NCBI GenBank assembly: GCA_043718505.1
Contig: JAYSVN010000005.1
Span: forward strand, 14-64,013
DNA: 64,000 bases
DNA from: Minisyncoccota bacterium
GTDB lineage: Bacteria; Patescibacteriota; Minisyncoccia; Phycocordibacterales; UBA9973
Direction of reading: 5' to 3'
Numbering within the stretch: position 1 is the first letter of the stretch; every line of letters begins with the position of its first letter. Of the stretch, positions 1-9,183 are shown in pieces. Both the position numbers and the translations under genes were made by a program. Under the pieces are notes generated by a model. It was given only the letters and a program-made list of their open reading frames with translations. It was not told where the DNA came from and did not search any database.

Positions 1-21
1 TCTGGAAAGAAGTTTAAGTGA

Positions 22-55
22 ATTAAAAAGCCGTCACAATCATGACGGCTTTTAT
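22..55 (-). terminator. Rho-independent terminator (hairpin GCCGTCA-N4-TGACGGC, then T-run on minus strand) downstream of the TrmB-family gene
   Basis: Perfect 7-bp GC-rich stem at 30-49. RC is followed by TTTTTAATT. Near-identical copy at 1671-1702. Confidence 0.6.
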
Positions 56-63
56 CTATGTTC

Positions 64-855
64 TTAAATAAAATTTTCCGTATCAATTTTATTTACCTGA
101 ATTTTTTTTGACATGTCCCAAATAATTTCAAATTGTGATGTAAGCATATCGACAAGTTCTTTACTTTCAATAATGAATCCAAAGCTTTCTTTTTGCGATG
201 AAATAAAGGCAACTTTATTTCCGTATATCCAATAGCCCATTGAAAAGCTTATGCTTTTCGGAGCAATACGGATTTCCCGTAAGAATTTTTCTCCAACACC
301 TAGGTAAGGATGGCTTTTTATATTAACTTTTTGTTTTTCCGGCCAAATTGCCTGGGTGTAGATATTTTGCTTTACACGTTCCTTGTTGTGGTATCTGAAA
401 AAATCTTGGCCAAGGATATCCACCATAGCCTTGATGGGCCAATAAGCTTTTGTTTCTATATTCCTGTAAAGAAGCATATCTTTAAGTACTTGCTGTAGTC
501 CTTGCTTCCCTTCAAAAAGCTGGAATTTTGGATTTACAGATGCACCCTCGGTTCTTAATGATGAAAATGCGTCTTTTACTCTATCTCTACTATTTTCAAG
601 TTCGCTGATCTGTTCTTTTAAAATAGAATCAATTTTCTCTTCATTGCCGGCAAAAAAGGTTTTTATGCCATTTTTCTGCGATTCCACTACTAAGCCGGTA
701 TGCTGCATCTTTTTTAAAAATCCATATAGCGAAGGCCTTGAAAGACCAGTCTTTTTAGCTAGATTCCCTGCTGTCATCTCGCCATTCTCCAAAAGGAAGA
801 TGAAGGCTTTTACCTCATCATCCTTAAGGCCAAGAGTTTTTAGGATTTTTTCCAT
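64..855 (-). CDS. TrmB-family HTH transcriptional regulator
   Basis: N-terminal wHTH pattern LGLKDDEVKAFIFLLENGEMTAGNLAKKTGLSRPSLYGFLKKMQHTGLV typical of the TrmB family. ~260 aa with a C-terminal sensing domain. Confidence 0.7.
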   Translation of the reverse strand: MEKILKTLGLKDDEVKAFIFLLENGEMTAGNLAKKTGLSRPSLYGFLKKMQHTGLVVESQKNGIKTFFAGNEEKIDSILKEQISELENSRDRVKDAFSSLRTEGASVNPKFQLFEGKQGLQQVLKDMLLYRNIETKAYWPIKAMVDILGQDFFRYHNKERVKQNIYTQAIWPEKQKVNIKSHPYLGVGEKFLREIRIAPKSISFSMGYWIYGNKVAFISSQKESFGFIIESKELVDMLTSQFEIIWDMSKKIQVNKIDTENFI

Positions 856-880
856 TTACGTATATTACTATATTAAGCTC

Positions 881-905
881 ATTGTTGTCAAAATTGTACA
901 ACAAT
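881..905. promoter_or_regulatory. Inverted repeat ATTGTTGT-N9-ACAACAAT in the divergent intergenic region between the TrmB-like regulator and the NifU-like gene; candidate operator
   Basis: Perfect 8-bp inverted repeat with 9-nt spacer read directly from the sequence. Sits in a 110-nt AT-rich divergent promoter region. Confidence 0.4.
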
Positions 906-965
906 ATTTACAGTTTTTTACCAATATTATAAAGTAATAAAAATGGTTACTAAACAATAATAAAT

Positions 966-1655
966 ATGAAAAAAATAGAAAATTCTGACTGGATCCTTAT
1001 GCCAGGGGGTAAAAATGCCCTGCTACGATTCCCTTTTATGGATAAGCTGATTGTTGTTGGCGTGCCAAATGTTGGCAAATATCGTTTAGCTACTCATGCT
1101 GAAATGATTTCAATGAACTATGGCGCTCCGTATCCCTGGGGTTTTATGCCTGAAAATACAGCGCCCTCACGAATGTGGCAGGAAAAACGAATTGGTTTCG
1201 GTGGGTTAGTACACACCGCATGGTTTGTTCTCGAAAACGGAGAAAGAGTCGGCGCTGCTCCTAATGTCCCCGAAACAGGCCCCGGCGCCCAAAGGCACTA
1301 CCTTCATACTTCAGGAGGAATCGATAGCTCTTGCCAATTGAATGATAACGAAGGGTACGCCGTAGTATGGGAAGGTGTGCCAAGTATCAATGACAAGATG
1401 TACCGGATAATTCATGCGCATGTTGGGAAGCATGTTACTGCAGATCGTGGAGGAGTTACTATTTCGCCAGTCACTGAAAAAGACGATAGAATCTTTGTCG
1501 GCTTTATCGGAAGATGTCTTTCGTGTCCGAATCCTGAGCGTATCTCTATCAATGCACTTAAAAATGCCTGTCCAGGATTGCATATTGAATTACATCCAGA
1601 CTGGAAAAATTGGGAAATTGCCCAAGCCGGAGGAGAAATGAAAATAGCAGTTTAG
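966..1655 (+). CDS. Protein with C-terminal NifU/Nfu-like Fe-S cluster domain fused to an unknown N-terminal domain
   Basis: C-terminal segment HVTADRGGVTISPVTEKDDRIFVGFIGRCLSCPNPERISINALKNACPGL resembles the Nfu C-terminal domain (GxCxxC, ...TLKxGIE...). N-terminal ~150 aa has no recognised motif. Confidence 0.45.
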   Translation: MKKIENSDWILMPGGKNALLRFPFMDKLIVVGVPNVGKYRLATHAEMISMNYGAPYPWGFMPENTAPSRMWQEKRIGFGGLVHTAWFVLENGERVGAAPNVPETGPGAQRHYLHTSGGIDSSCQLNDNEGYAVVWEGVPSINDKMYRIIHAHVGKHVTADRGGVTISPVTEKDDRIFVGFIGRCLSCPNPERISINALKNACPGLHIELHPDWKNWEIAQAGGEMKIAV

Positions 1656-1670
1656 TATTATTTCGAAATC

Positions 1671-1702
1671 AAAAAGCCGCCACAAACGTGACGGCTTTTA
1701 TT
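1671..1702. terminator. Bidirectional Rho-independent terminator between convergent genes (hairpin GCCGCCAC-AAAC-GTGACGGC, then TTTTATT)
   Basis: GC stem flanked by A-run upstream and T-run downstream. Near-duplicate of the hairpin at 22-55. Confidence 0.6.
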
Positions 1703-1717
1703 ATTTCCAATTTATTT

Positions 1718-3970
1718 CTACGCGTGAGGTGCTGGCGGAGTGCTTGGTGTACTTGGTCCAGCTGGCTTTGGCGTACTACTACTTGATGCACTATCCCTTG
1801 GCGGATACGGATTCTTAAAGAAATCTTTATTCGCTTCTTTAATTGAAAGTGAAATGCGGCCGCGTTCATGATCGACGCCGACAACTTTGACTGGCACGCG
1901 AACGCCTTCTTTCAAAACGTCAGTAACTTTCTGCACACGGAATGGAGCGAGTTCAGAAATATGGACGAGGCCGTCGGAGTATTCTGAGAGCGCGACAACT
2001 GCACCGATCTCAAGAATTTTCATCACGAGGCCTTCAGCTGTGTCCCCCACTCTCCATTCTTTTGTCATGCCTTCAATCATTTTCTTGGCGGCTTCAGCGG
2101 CGCCGTTTTTGCCGGTGACATATACAGTGCCGTCTTCTTCGATATTTATTTCAGCACCAGTTTTGTCGCGGATCATATTTACAGTTTTACCACCGCTTCC
2201 GATCACCATACCAATTTGGCTTGGCAGAATTTTGATGACCAAAATCTTTGGTGCATTTGGCGATATATCAGCACGCGGTGTGGCAATTTCTTTTTCGATA
2301 ACATCGAGAATCTGCAAACGTGCAGTTTTTGCTTTCTCCAAAGCATCAAACAAAATTGTTGGCGGAATGCCTCCGACTTTAATATCAAGCTGCATAGCGG
2401 TAATTCCTGCGCGAGTACCGGCAACTTTAAAATCCATATCACCGTGGTGATCTTCCGGACCCTGAATGTCGGTCAGAATTTTGTATTTAGTCGGATCCTT
2501 TTCATCAATCATGGCGCCCATAGCAATACCGGCAACCGGCGCGATGATCGGCACACCTGCATCCATGAGAGCAATTGTGGCACCGCAAATCGAACCTTGG
2601 GATGTTGAGCCATTTGAACTAGTCGATTCGGAAACGACACGGATTGTGTACGGAAAGAGTGCTTTGTCCGGAATAACTGGAGCGAGCGCTTTTTCCGCAA
2701 GAAAACCATGACCCATTTCACGGCGATTAATACCACCAAATCTGCCTGTCTCACCAACTGAGTATGGCGGAAAGTTGTAGTGGTGCATAAATCTTTTCTT
2801 GCCGCGTACTTCCATGCCTTCAATTTCAAGTAAATCATCCGGACCTCCGAGCGAGACAACAGATAGCACGTGTGTTTGGCCGCGATAGAAAATACCGGTG
2901 CCGTGGAGAATTGGAGAGAAGCCGCCGGCTTTTGCAAACAACGGACGAATTTCATCCATGGCACGTAAATCAACTCGCTTATCTTCTTTCAGTGCTGCGT
3001 CGTGGACAATGTCATTGATTGCGTAGTCGACGTAGTCTTTTCCTCGCATGATAAGTTCATTTCTTTCAGTATCTTTGAGTTCACTCATACCCGCGTTTTT
3101 AACGTCGTACAACGACGTCAAAACGTCAGACCAGTTTTCTTCGATTTTGGCAATTCTGGATTTGGAGTCGGCGCCAAAAAGGTTTTTTTGAATTTCGGGC
3201 TTAATGTCTTTTTCAAAAAGGGCCACCATCCGTTCATCGTTTTGCGACATTGGCATGTTTAATTTCGTTTTTCCTTCTTTTGAAACGATTTCTTTTTGCC
3301 ATTTTTCAATTTGTGAAACCGAACCTAGGACTTGTGTTATAGCAGCAGAGAATCTAGGTTCGGATACTTGTGAAGCAGACGCTTCAATCATCAGAACATT
3401 TCCATCTTTGCCGCAAACGGTAAGATCAAGGTCGTACGACGGCTCTCCTGTGTACGGAACATAATCATTTATTTTAATTTCGCCTGTTTCGGCTTCACCT
3501 TTTGAAATACTTGCCTGAACTGCACCAACCGGACCTGCCCACGGAATTGATGAAACACCGAGCGCTAAAGAAACTGCATTAACTGCCAAAATGGTAGGAT
3601 CTGTTTTCCCGACAGACAAGACAGTAACAACAACCTGCACGGCATTTTTGATATGATGCGCAAATAGCGGACGAATAGTTCGATCGATCACACGCGATGC
3701 CAAAATAGCTTTATCACTCGGACGACCCTCGCGCTTATTATATTGACCACCCAGGATAAGACCTGACGCATAAAAGCGCTCCATGTATTCAACGGTGAGA
3801 TTGAAAAAACCAGGATTATTTTTGGTATCTTTGCCCATGACCGCGGTCGCGAGTACTATTGTATCTTCGCACCTGAGCATGACTGAACCATTTGCTTGCT
3901 CGGCTAAATCTGAGAAAACCGCAACCATTTTCTTGCCGGCAATCTCTACTTCATATTCTCTGCTTTCCAT
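1718..3970 (-). CDS. pnp: Polynucleotide phosphorylase (PNPase) with Pro/Ser/Thr-rich C-terminal tail
   Basis: N-terminus MESREYEVEIAGKKMVAVFSDLAEQANGSVMLRCEDTIVLATAV..., two RNase PH domains, KH and S1 regions. Tail ...PRDSASSSSTPKPAGPSTPSTPPAPHA. Confidence 0.95.
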   Translation of the reverse strand: MESREYEVEIAGKKMVAVFSDLAEQANGSVMLRCEDTIVLATAVMGKDTKNNPGFFNLTVEYMERFYASGLILGGQYNKREGRPSDKAILASRVIDRTIRPLFAHHIKNAVQVVVTVLSVGKTDPTILAVNAVSLALGVSSIPWAGPVGAVQASISKGEAETGEIKINDYVPYTGEPSYDLDLTVCGKDGNVLMIEASASQVSEPRFSAAITQVLGSVSQIEKWQKEIVSKEGKTKLNMPMSQNDERMVALFEKDIKPEIQKNLFGADSKSRIAKIEENWSDVLTSLYDVKNAGMSELKDTERNELIMRGKDYVDYAINDIVHDAALKEDKRVDLRAMDEIRPLFAKAGGFSPILHGTGIFYRGQTHVLSVVSLGGPDDLLEIEGMEVRGKKRFMHHYNFPPYSVGETGRFGGINRREMGHGFLAEKALAPVIPDKALFPYTIRVVSESTSSNGSTSQGSICGATIALMDAGVPIIAPVAGIAMGAMIDEKDPTKYKILTDIQGPEDHHGDMDFKVAGTRAGITAMQLDIKVGGIPPTILFDALEKAKTARLQILDVIEKEIATPRADISPNAPKILVIKILPSQIGMVIGSGGKTVNMIRDKTGAEINIEEDGTVYVTGKNGAAEAAKKMIEGMTKEWRVGDTAEGLVMKILEIGAVVALSEYSDGLVHISELAPFRVQKVTDVLKEGVRVPVKVVGVDHERGRISLSIKEANKDFFKNPYPPRDSASSSSTPKPAGPSTPSTPPAPHA

Positions 3971-4087
3971 ATATATTTTAGTCTCCAGACCCTAAAATTG
4001 CTTGGCGAAATGAGAGTAAACGCCACAATTCTATACGTCCGGAGGCTACATTACTTTTAATATTTTGAGTATAGCAGTATGGCGGCA

Positions 4088-4114
4088 ATTAAAAAACCCC
4101 GCGTGAACGGGGCT
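4088..4114 (-). terminator. Rho-independent terminator after the lipoprotein gene (minus strand)
   Basis: CCCCG-CGTGAA-CGGGG hairpin; on the minus strand followed by TTTTTTAATT. Confidence 0.6.
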
Positions 4115-4144
4115 ACTCTTTTACTACCTGATTGTTTTTACTAC

Positions 4145-4567
4145 TTACTTATTTCTCTTTCTTTTTGCTATTGCAATTGCGACAGCGTGATCTCCTTTTG
4201 CATAAGCGTAGGCAAATGTTTCATCCTGAGGCGATGTTCCTCTATAAGGATTTTTTTTCTGAATCAGAGTTTTACAGGCTACAGTTTTATTAGGTTTCGT
4301 ATACCGATAAACAAAATTTCCTTTTGGCGGTTTACCCGGAGGTTTATACTGAGGTGCCGGGGTAGCTTCCTTTTTTTCAGTATCAACCTGAGTCGGAACT
4401 ACAGGATAATCTTGAACCGGTGTTTCTGTCGGCGGAACTATGACAGGGCCTAATTCTGGACAGCATCCACCGTCCTCAACTTTTTCTGGTTCTTTCTTCT
4501 GATCTTTTTTACAGGAAAATAAAAAAGCCAGGCAAATCAAAGTACAGATAACATATATATTTTTCAT
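4145..4567 (-). CDS. Small secreted lipoprotein, Pro/Lys/Thr-rich (hypothetical)
   Basis: Signal peptide with lipobox LFSC, then low-complexity PETPVQDYPVVPTQ... No recognisable domain. Confidence 0.55.
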   Translation of the reverse strand: MKNIYVICTLICLAFLFSCKKDQKKEPEKVEDGGCCPELGPVIVPPTETPVQDYPVVPTQVDTEKKEATPAPQYKPPGKPPKGNFVYRYTKPNKTVACKTLIQKKNPYRGTSPQDETFAYAYAKGDHAVAIAIAKRKRNK

Positions 4568-4699
4568 AGCGACATGTTTGTATTTATAATACCATGATTT
4601 TTAATTTTTGCAAGCACGATAATTTATACATAAAAATAGCCCAACATTTCTGAGGGGCTATTTTTATTTTCGCTTTACAATTTATTGAAATTAATTTTA

Positions 4700-5215
4700 T
4701 TACTGCTTCATCCCGATAAGATACTTCTTGGGATTTTGAGAGAGATCAACGAAATCGTCGGCTGCTTCTTTGAGTTTAAGTGAAGCTGATTTGCCGAATG
4801 AGGCTACTTCAACCTGAATACCGGAGTGTTTTTGAAGGTATTCAACAAGTGGCACGAAGTCACCGTCACCGGAAAGGATAATGGCTGCATCGATACGTGG
4901 CGCTGTGCGCACTGCATCAATAGCAAGACCGACATCCCAGTCGCCTTTTTTGGCGCCACCGGAAAAGACTTGCAGGTCTTTGGTTCGGGTTTCAATACCC
5001 ATTTTCTCCAGTGCTTCGAAAAAAGCCTTTTCATCCCCGGCTTCCGAAGTAATGACATAGGCGATTGCTCTGACGAGTTTTCGTCCGGCAACGGCGTCTT
5101 TGACGACATTTCCAAAATTAACTTTTCGATTATAAAGGTTGCGGGCGCTGTGATACAGGTTTTGTGTATCAATAAAAACAGCCACGCGTTGTTCTTTGTG
5201 TTTGATAATTGACAT
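4700..5215 (-). CDS. NYN/LabA-like (PIN-like) domain protein
   Basis: VAVFIDTQNLYHSARN..., GDWDVGLAIDAV..., ILSGDGDFVPLVEYL match the NYN/LabA family signature. Confidence 0.75.
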   Translation of the reverse strand: MSIIKHKEQRVAVFIDTQNLYHSARNLYNRKVNFGNVVKDAVAGRKLVRAIAYVITSEAGDEKAFFEALEKMGIETRTKDLQVFSGGAKKGDWDVGLAIDAVRTAPRIDAAIILSGDGDFVPLVEYLQKHSGIQVEVASFGKSASLKLKEAADDFVDLSQNPKKYLIGMKQ

Positions 5216-5348
5216 ATTATAGTATGAAAAATTACTTACTAATTATTAAAAATATTTTTATATAAAAATACTGCTATCGACCATGTGAAAGCAAATCGAG
5301 TATATCACTAAAACAAAATCGCCCACGGAGAGCCATGGTGCGATGTTG

Positions 5349-5612
5349 TTACTTGAGAGCGAGAGCCTTTGCTACTTTTTCGTAGGCAGGCTTGTTTTTA
5401 CGCTCCAAAAATTTCATATGTGAGCGGCGATCGGCCACCATCTTAATCAGGCCACGGCGGGAATGGTTATCCTGCTTGTGTTTCTTGAGATGTTTTGAGA
5501 GGCTTTCGATCCGTTCGGTCAAAATAGCGATTTGAGCCGGTGAAGAACCGTTATCTTTCTCATGGAGTTGGACCTTTTTGATTGCTGCTGCTTTCTTTGT
5601 TTTCTTCAACAT
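5349..5612 (-). CDS. rpsO: 30S ribosomal protein S15
   Basis: MLKKTKKAAAIKKVQLHEKDNGSSPAQIAILTERIESLSKHLKKHKQDNHSRRGLIKMVADRRSHMKFLERKN... Start trimmed to the internal Met inside ORF 5349..5717. Upstream TTGCAT-17-TATTAT promoter on the minus strand. Confidence 0.9.
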   Translation of the reverse strand: MLKKTKKAAAIKKVQLHEKDNGSSPAQIAILTERIESLSKHLKKHKQDNHSRRGLIKMVADRRSHMKFLERKNKPAYEKVAKALALK

Positions 5613-5679
5613 AGCCCCCGAATAATAGCACACGATTAAAAAAAATGCAAGCCCCTGTCGTAGTAAAAAATAATCCCTC

Positions 5680-5895
5680 TCATAAACTAGAGAGGGATGT
5701 ATCAAACCCATTTTCAAGCCTGTTTACATACTTTTTTGCCTGTTCTTCGGTTTTCTTTGATGGCTGAGCAGCAAAGATAATTAAGACAGAAGCATAAAAC
5801 AGGTACTGTATGTAAATAAACTTTATGTCGGTCATTGCCCATAATTCTAATAGCACAAATGCCGTAATCGCGATAAATAACAAGGTCTTTTTCAT
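5680..5895 (-). CDS. Small two-TM membrane protein (hypothetical)
   Basis: MKKTLLFIAITAFVLLELWAMTDIKFIYIQYLFYASVLIIFAA... A terminator hairpin CCCTCTC-N9-GAGAGGG plus T-run overlaps its stop codon. Confidence 0.4.
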   Translation of the reverse strand: MKKTLLFIAITAFVLLELWAMTDIKFIYIQYLFYASVLIIFAAQPSKKTEEQAKKYVNRLENGFDTSLSSL

Positions 5896-6009
5896 GGCTT
5901 ATTTGTTTTTTTGATAGTAGCACGCCCAAAATCCTTTGTAAAATATATACATAATCAGAATTACACTAATGTCGCAAAATATTTTGGCAATATTTGCTAT
6001 ACTTTTCAT

Positions 6010-6957
6010 ATGTCAGTCGATGCTCTCAAAATGAAGCGGCAATTCCTTGAATATTTGGAAATCGAGAAGGGTAATTCACTCAAAACGATCGTTAACTACG
6101 ATCGCTACCTTAATCGCTTTTTTAGAGAAGAAAAAATCAAAAATATTGACGATATTACCGAGGATACCATTCGTTCTTTTCGCCTTTCTCTTAACCGGGC
6201 TTCCGGGATAAAGATAAAAGGCCAATCTGCCGGCACAATGAAGAAAAACAGTCAGAATTATCACCTTATTGCCCTGCGGGTTTTTCTCAAATTTCTCATG
6301 CGCCGCGGTATCGATGCGCTCCCTGCGGACAGAATAGAGCTTGCCAAGACAAAAGAGCGTAGCCTCGACCTTATTTCAGTTGAAGAACTCTTCCGTATGC
6401 TCGAAGCCGCTCGACAGATCAATAAGAAATCAAAAAAGGACGCAGACGAGCGAGCGCTTCGTGATCATGCCATTCTGGAGCTTTTCTTCTCAACAGGACT
6501 CCGTCTTTCTGAGCTTTGCTCGCTCAATCGTGACCTCGATCTCTCTCGTGATGAATTCTCTGTACGCGGCAAGGGTGAGAAAGTGCGTGTTGTTTTTCTC
6601 TCTGATGATGCGAAGAAGGCAATTCGTGACTATCTCGCCAAAAGAAAAGACATGGACGAGGCCATGTTCATCGAACTTTCACGTAATAAATCAAAAAGTG
6701 GCGGAAGACGTCTTACTTCCCGCTCAGTTGAGCGTATTGTCCGTGATTGCGCCATAAAAGCCGGTATTTCCAAAAAAGTCACCCCTCACGTTTTGCGACA
6801 TTCTTTTGCCACCGACCTTCTCTCTAATGGTGCCGATATTCGCTCCGTGCAAATAATGCTTGGACATACAAATATTGCTACTACTCAGATTTACACTCAC
6901 ATTACCGACAAGGCACTGCGCGATATTCATAAAAAGTTCCACAGTAAGAAAAAATAA
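6010..6957 (+). CDS. xerD: Tyrosine recombinase XerC/XerD family
   Basis: C-terminal catalytic motifs HVLRHSFATDLLSNGADIRSVQIMLGHTNIATTQIYTH. N-terminal core-binding region MKRQFLEYLEIEKGNSL... Start set at an internal Met of ORF 5911..6957. Confidence 0.85.
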   Translation: MSVDALKMKRQFLEYLEIEKGNSLKTIVNYDRYLNRFFREEKIKNIDDITEDTIRSFRLSLNRASGIKIKGQSAGTMKKNSQNYHLIALRVFLKFLMRRGIDALPADRIELAKTKERSLDLISVEELFRMLEAARQINKKSKKDADERALRDHAILELFFSTGLRLSELCSLNRDLDLSRDEFSVRGKGEKVRVVFLSDDAKKAIRDYLAKRKDMDEAMFIELSRNKSKSGGRRLTSRSVERIVRDCAIKAGISKKVTPHVLRHSFATDLLSNGADIRSVQIMLGHTNIATTQIYTHITDKALRDIHKKFHSKKK

Positions 6958-6971
6958 GGTAAAGTATCTTC

Positions 6972-7751
6972 ATGCGAATCGTCTCTTGGAATACGAATGG
7001 CTTGCGTGGCACTATTAAAGCCGGCATGTGGGAGCCTTTTGTGGCTTCTGTAAAGCCGGACATTATTTGTCTACAGGAAACTAAATCCGAGCCAACACAG
7101 TTGCCACCAGAATTCGTTGAGCAGACAAAGAAGTGGCATAGCTCGTATGCCTGGAGCAAGGTTAAAAAAGGCTATTCCGGTGTGGCTATTATTTCAAAAG
7201 AAAAACCATATCGTGTTGATGATGGCTTTGGACATCCAGAATTCGACGATGAAGGCCGCACGCTTGTCGCATATTTTGAAGATTTTGTTCTTATTAATTG
7301 CTATTTCCCCAATGGCGGTGGTGGCCCGCACAGATTGAAATATAAACTGGAATTTTACGATGCATTTTTAAATTTCATTAATAACCTGCGAAAAAAGTAC
7401 AATGTCATCTTTACTGGTGACATAAATACGGCACATCATGAAATAGATCTGGCCCGACCGAAGGAAAATGAAACGCATACTGGTTTTTTGCCAATCGAGC
7501 GAGCCTGGATGGATACATTAATAAAAAAAGACTGGATTGATGTTTTCCGCCATTTTTTCCCTGATCTTGCCGGTGCTTATACATACTGGGATCAAAAATC
7601 CGGCGCACGTAATAGAAATGTCGGTTGGCGAATTGATTACTTTTTTACAACAGAAGAAGTTGTGCCGTATATTTTAAGAACAACTATTCATAGTGACGTC
7701 TACGGCAGTGACCATTGTCCATTGTCGATTGATATTGACTTTTCCGAGTAG
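6972..7751 (+). CDS. xth: Exodeoxyribonuclease III / AP endonuclease
   Basis: MRIVSWNTNGLR..., ICLQETK..., SDHCPL motifs of the ExoIII/EEP family. Confidence 0.9.
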   Translation: MRIVSWNTNGLRGTIKAGMWEPFVASVKPDIICLQETKSEPTQLPPEFVEQTKKWHSSYAWSKVKKGYSGVAIISKEKPYRVDDGFGHPEFDDEGRTLVAYFEDFVLINCYFPNGGGGPHRLKYKLEFYDAFLNFINNLRKKYNVIFTGDINTAHHEIDLARPKENETHTGFLPIERAWMDTLIKKDWIDVFRHFFPDLAGAYTYWDQKSGARNRNVGWRIDYFFTTEEVVPYILRTTIHSDVYGSDHCPLSIDIDFSE

Positions 7752-7792
7752 AAATTGTACTACTATAGATAGTGTTCATTCTTTCGTGTGGT

Positions 7793-7831
7793 AGAACCCG
7801 ATCGCCAATAGGTGAAAGGGTTCTTTTTTTG
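7793..7831 (+). terminator. Rho-independent terminator after xth
   Basis: AGAACCC...GGGTTCT stem followed by TTTTTTT. Confidence 0.5.
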
Positions 7832-7852
7832 AATTATTGTTATGATGAAAGA

Positions 7853-8368
7853 ATGAAAAACGACTCTATTATTCTCGGCGGCGGATGTTTCTGGTGTCTT
7901 GATGCTTTATATAAAAAAGTTGAAGGTGTTACAGCAATTACGAGTGGTTATGCAGGCGGCACTATGCCAAATCCAACTTACAAAGATATCTGCGGTGGTA
8001 GTACAGGCCATGCCGAAGTTACAAAACTTGATTTTAATCCTGAAATTATTCCACTTGAAGCGCTACTACGAATATTTTTTGAAATTCATGATCCGACCAC
8101 AATGAATAAGCAGGGTGGCGATGTTGGCACGCAGTATCGCTCAGTTATTTTTTATAAAGATGAAAGTCAGAAAGTTTTGGCTGAAAAAATTCGTGATGAA
8201 GCTCAGACTCACTGGAAAGACAAAATTGTTACCGAAATAAAACCGCTTGAACACTTTTATCCCGCTGAAGACTATCACCAGGACTACTATGCCAAAAATC
8301 CTGATCAACCATATTGTGTAGCAGTCATTTCTCCTAAACTAGAAAAGTTTCTCAAGGTTAAAAAGTGA
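7853..8368 (+). CDS. msrA: Peptide methionine sulfoxide reductase MsrA
   Basis: ILGGGCFWCLDALY..., GYAGG..., HAEVTKLDFNP..., YHQDYY. Start trimmed to Met at 7853. Confidence 0.9.
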   Translation: MKNDSIILGGGCFWCLDALYKKVEGVTAITSGYAGGTMPNPTYKDICGGSTGHAEVTKLDFNPEIIPLEALLRIFFEIHDPTTMNKQGGDVGTQYRSVIFYKDESQKVLAEKIRDEAQTHWKDKIVTEIKPLEHFYPAEDYHQDYYAKNPDQPYCVAVISPKLEKFLKVKK

Positions 8369-8453
8369 AAGAAGCTTACTATTTTCTGGGCTTTACATTA
8401 CTCCAGATAAGAGGTTAAACTGAGGAAAATTAACCCCTTAAAAAAAGAAAATC

Positions 8454-9065
8454 ATGGCACTACGCGATGCTCATCATCAACACAGGATGGAGAGGCTTTC
8501 GCAGATATTCGAAGTACTCCACAAACATTTAGATAATTGCCTTCGAGAAAAAGGAATAATGTACAGTGAAATTAAAGTTATTGGAACTGGTACAACACAA
8601 GTGTTAGCAATCAAGCTGACAAAGTGTCTGCCGGAATATATGAATGCTGTCCGAGCAATTATAAAAAATTTTAACGGAGCATTTGTTATTCAGGAGATTA
8701 CTACAGGATTTTGGATTAGTGTCCATCGCGAATGTATTGATACTTTCAACACAGATACCTATAGTATGGAGAAAAATTCTTTGCACAGTGCTGCTGATGG
8801 ATTAGCGGAGTTCAAATATTTTTTATTTGATGCCGGACTCCGTACAGGTATACATATGAAAAGTCTACTTGTTTCAGGCGATAGTGAAAAAGTAATCTTG
8901 CCTTGTTTGCCGCCGCACGAAAAGAAAATTATGGATTTACTAAAATTCCATGGAATTAATTTTCAAGTAGAATGTATCAGTAAATATCAAAGACTGTGGA
9001 TCGAATCACTGGAAGGTTTTGTAAATCCCCTACCCGGTACAATTCGCAAAAAGCTAAAACATTAA
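8454..9065 (+). CDS. Hypothetical protein (His/Cys-containing, no recognised domain)
   Basis: 203-aa ORF bounded by terminators. No confident family assignment. Confidence 0.4.
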   Translation: MALRDAHHQHRMERLSQIFEVLHKHLDNCLREKGIMYSEIKVIGTGTTQVLAIKLTKCLPEYMNAVRAIIKNFNGAFVIQEITTGFWISVHRECIDTFNTDTYSMEKNSLHSAADGLAEFKYFLFDAGLRTGIHMKSLLVSGDSEKVILPCLPPHEKKIMDLLKFHGINFQVECISKYQRLWIESLEGFVNPLPGTIRKKLKH

Positions 9066-9079
9066 AAAAAATTCACATA

Positions 9080-9108
9080 AAACCAGATTAATAGTCTGGT
9101 TTTTTTTA
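9080..9108 (+). terminator. Rho-independent terminator
   Basis: ACCAGAT-TAAT-AGTCTGGT hairpin followed by TTTTTTTT. Confidence 0.65.
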
Positions 9109-9183
9109 TGTATATCCGACATGTTTGTCGCTCATTAGTCTATGTGCTACAGTTCGAAAAACTGATACTTAAAAATCCATACC

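Noticed and set aside
1887-3464. Multiple 80-190-aa ORFs on the opposite strand inside pnp (e.g. 1887..2450, 2216..2608, 2509..2973, 3002..3464)
   Set aside because: Fully embedded in the strongly supported PNPase frame. Low-complexity translations. Typical antisense shadow ORFs.
5911-6957. XerC/XerD-type tyrosine recombinase as a marker of an integrated mobile element
   Set aside because: No flanking tRNA, direct repeats, or phage or plasmid genes. Sequence matches chromosomal dimer-resolution XerD rather than a phage integrase, so no mobile element is called.
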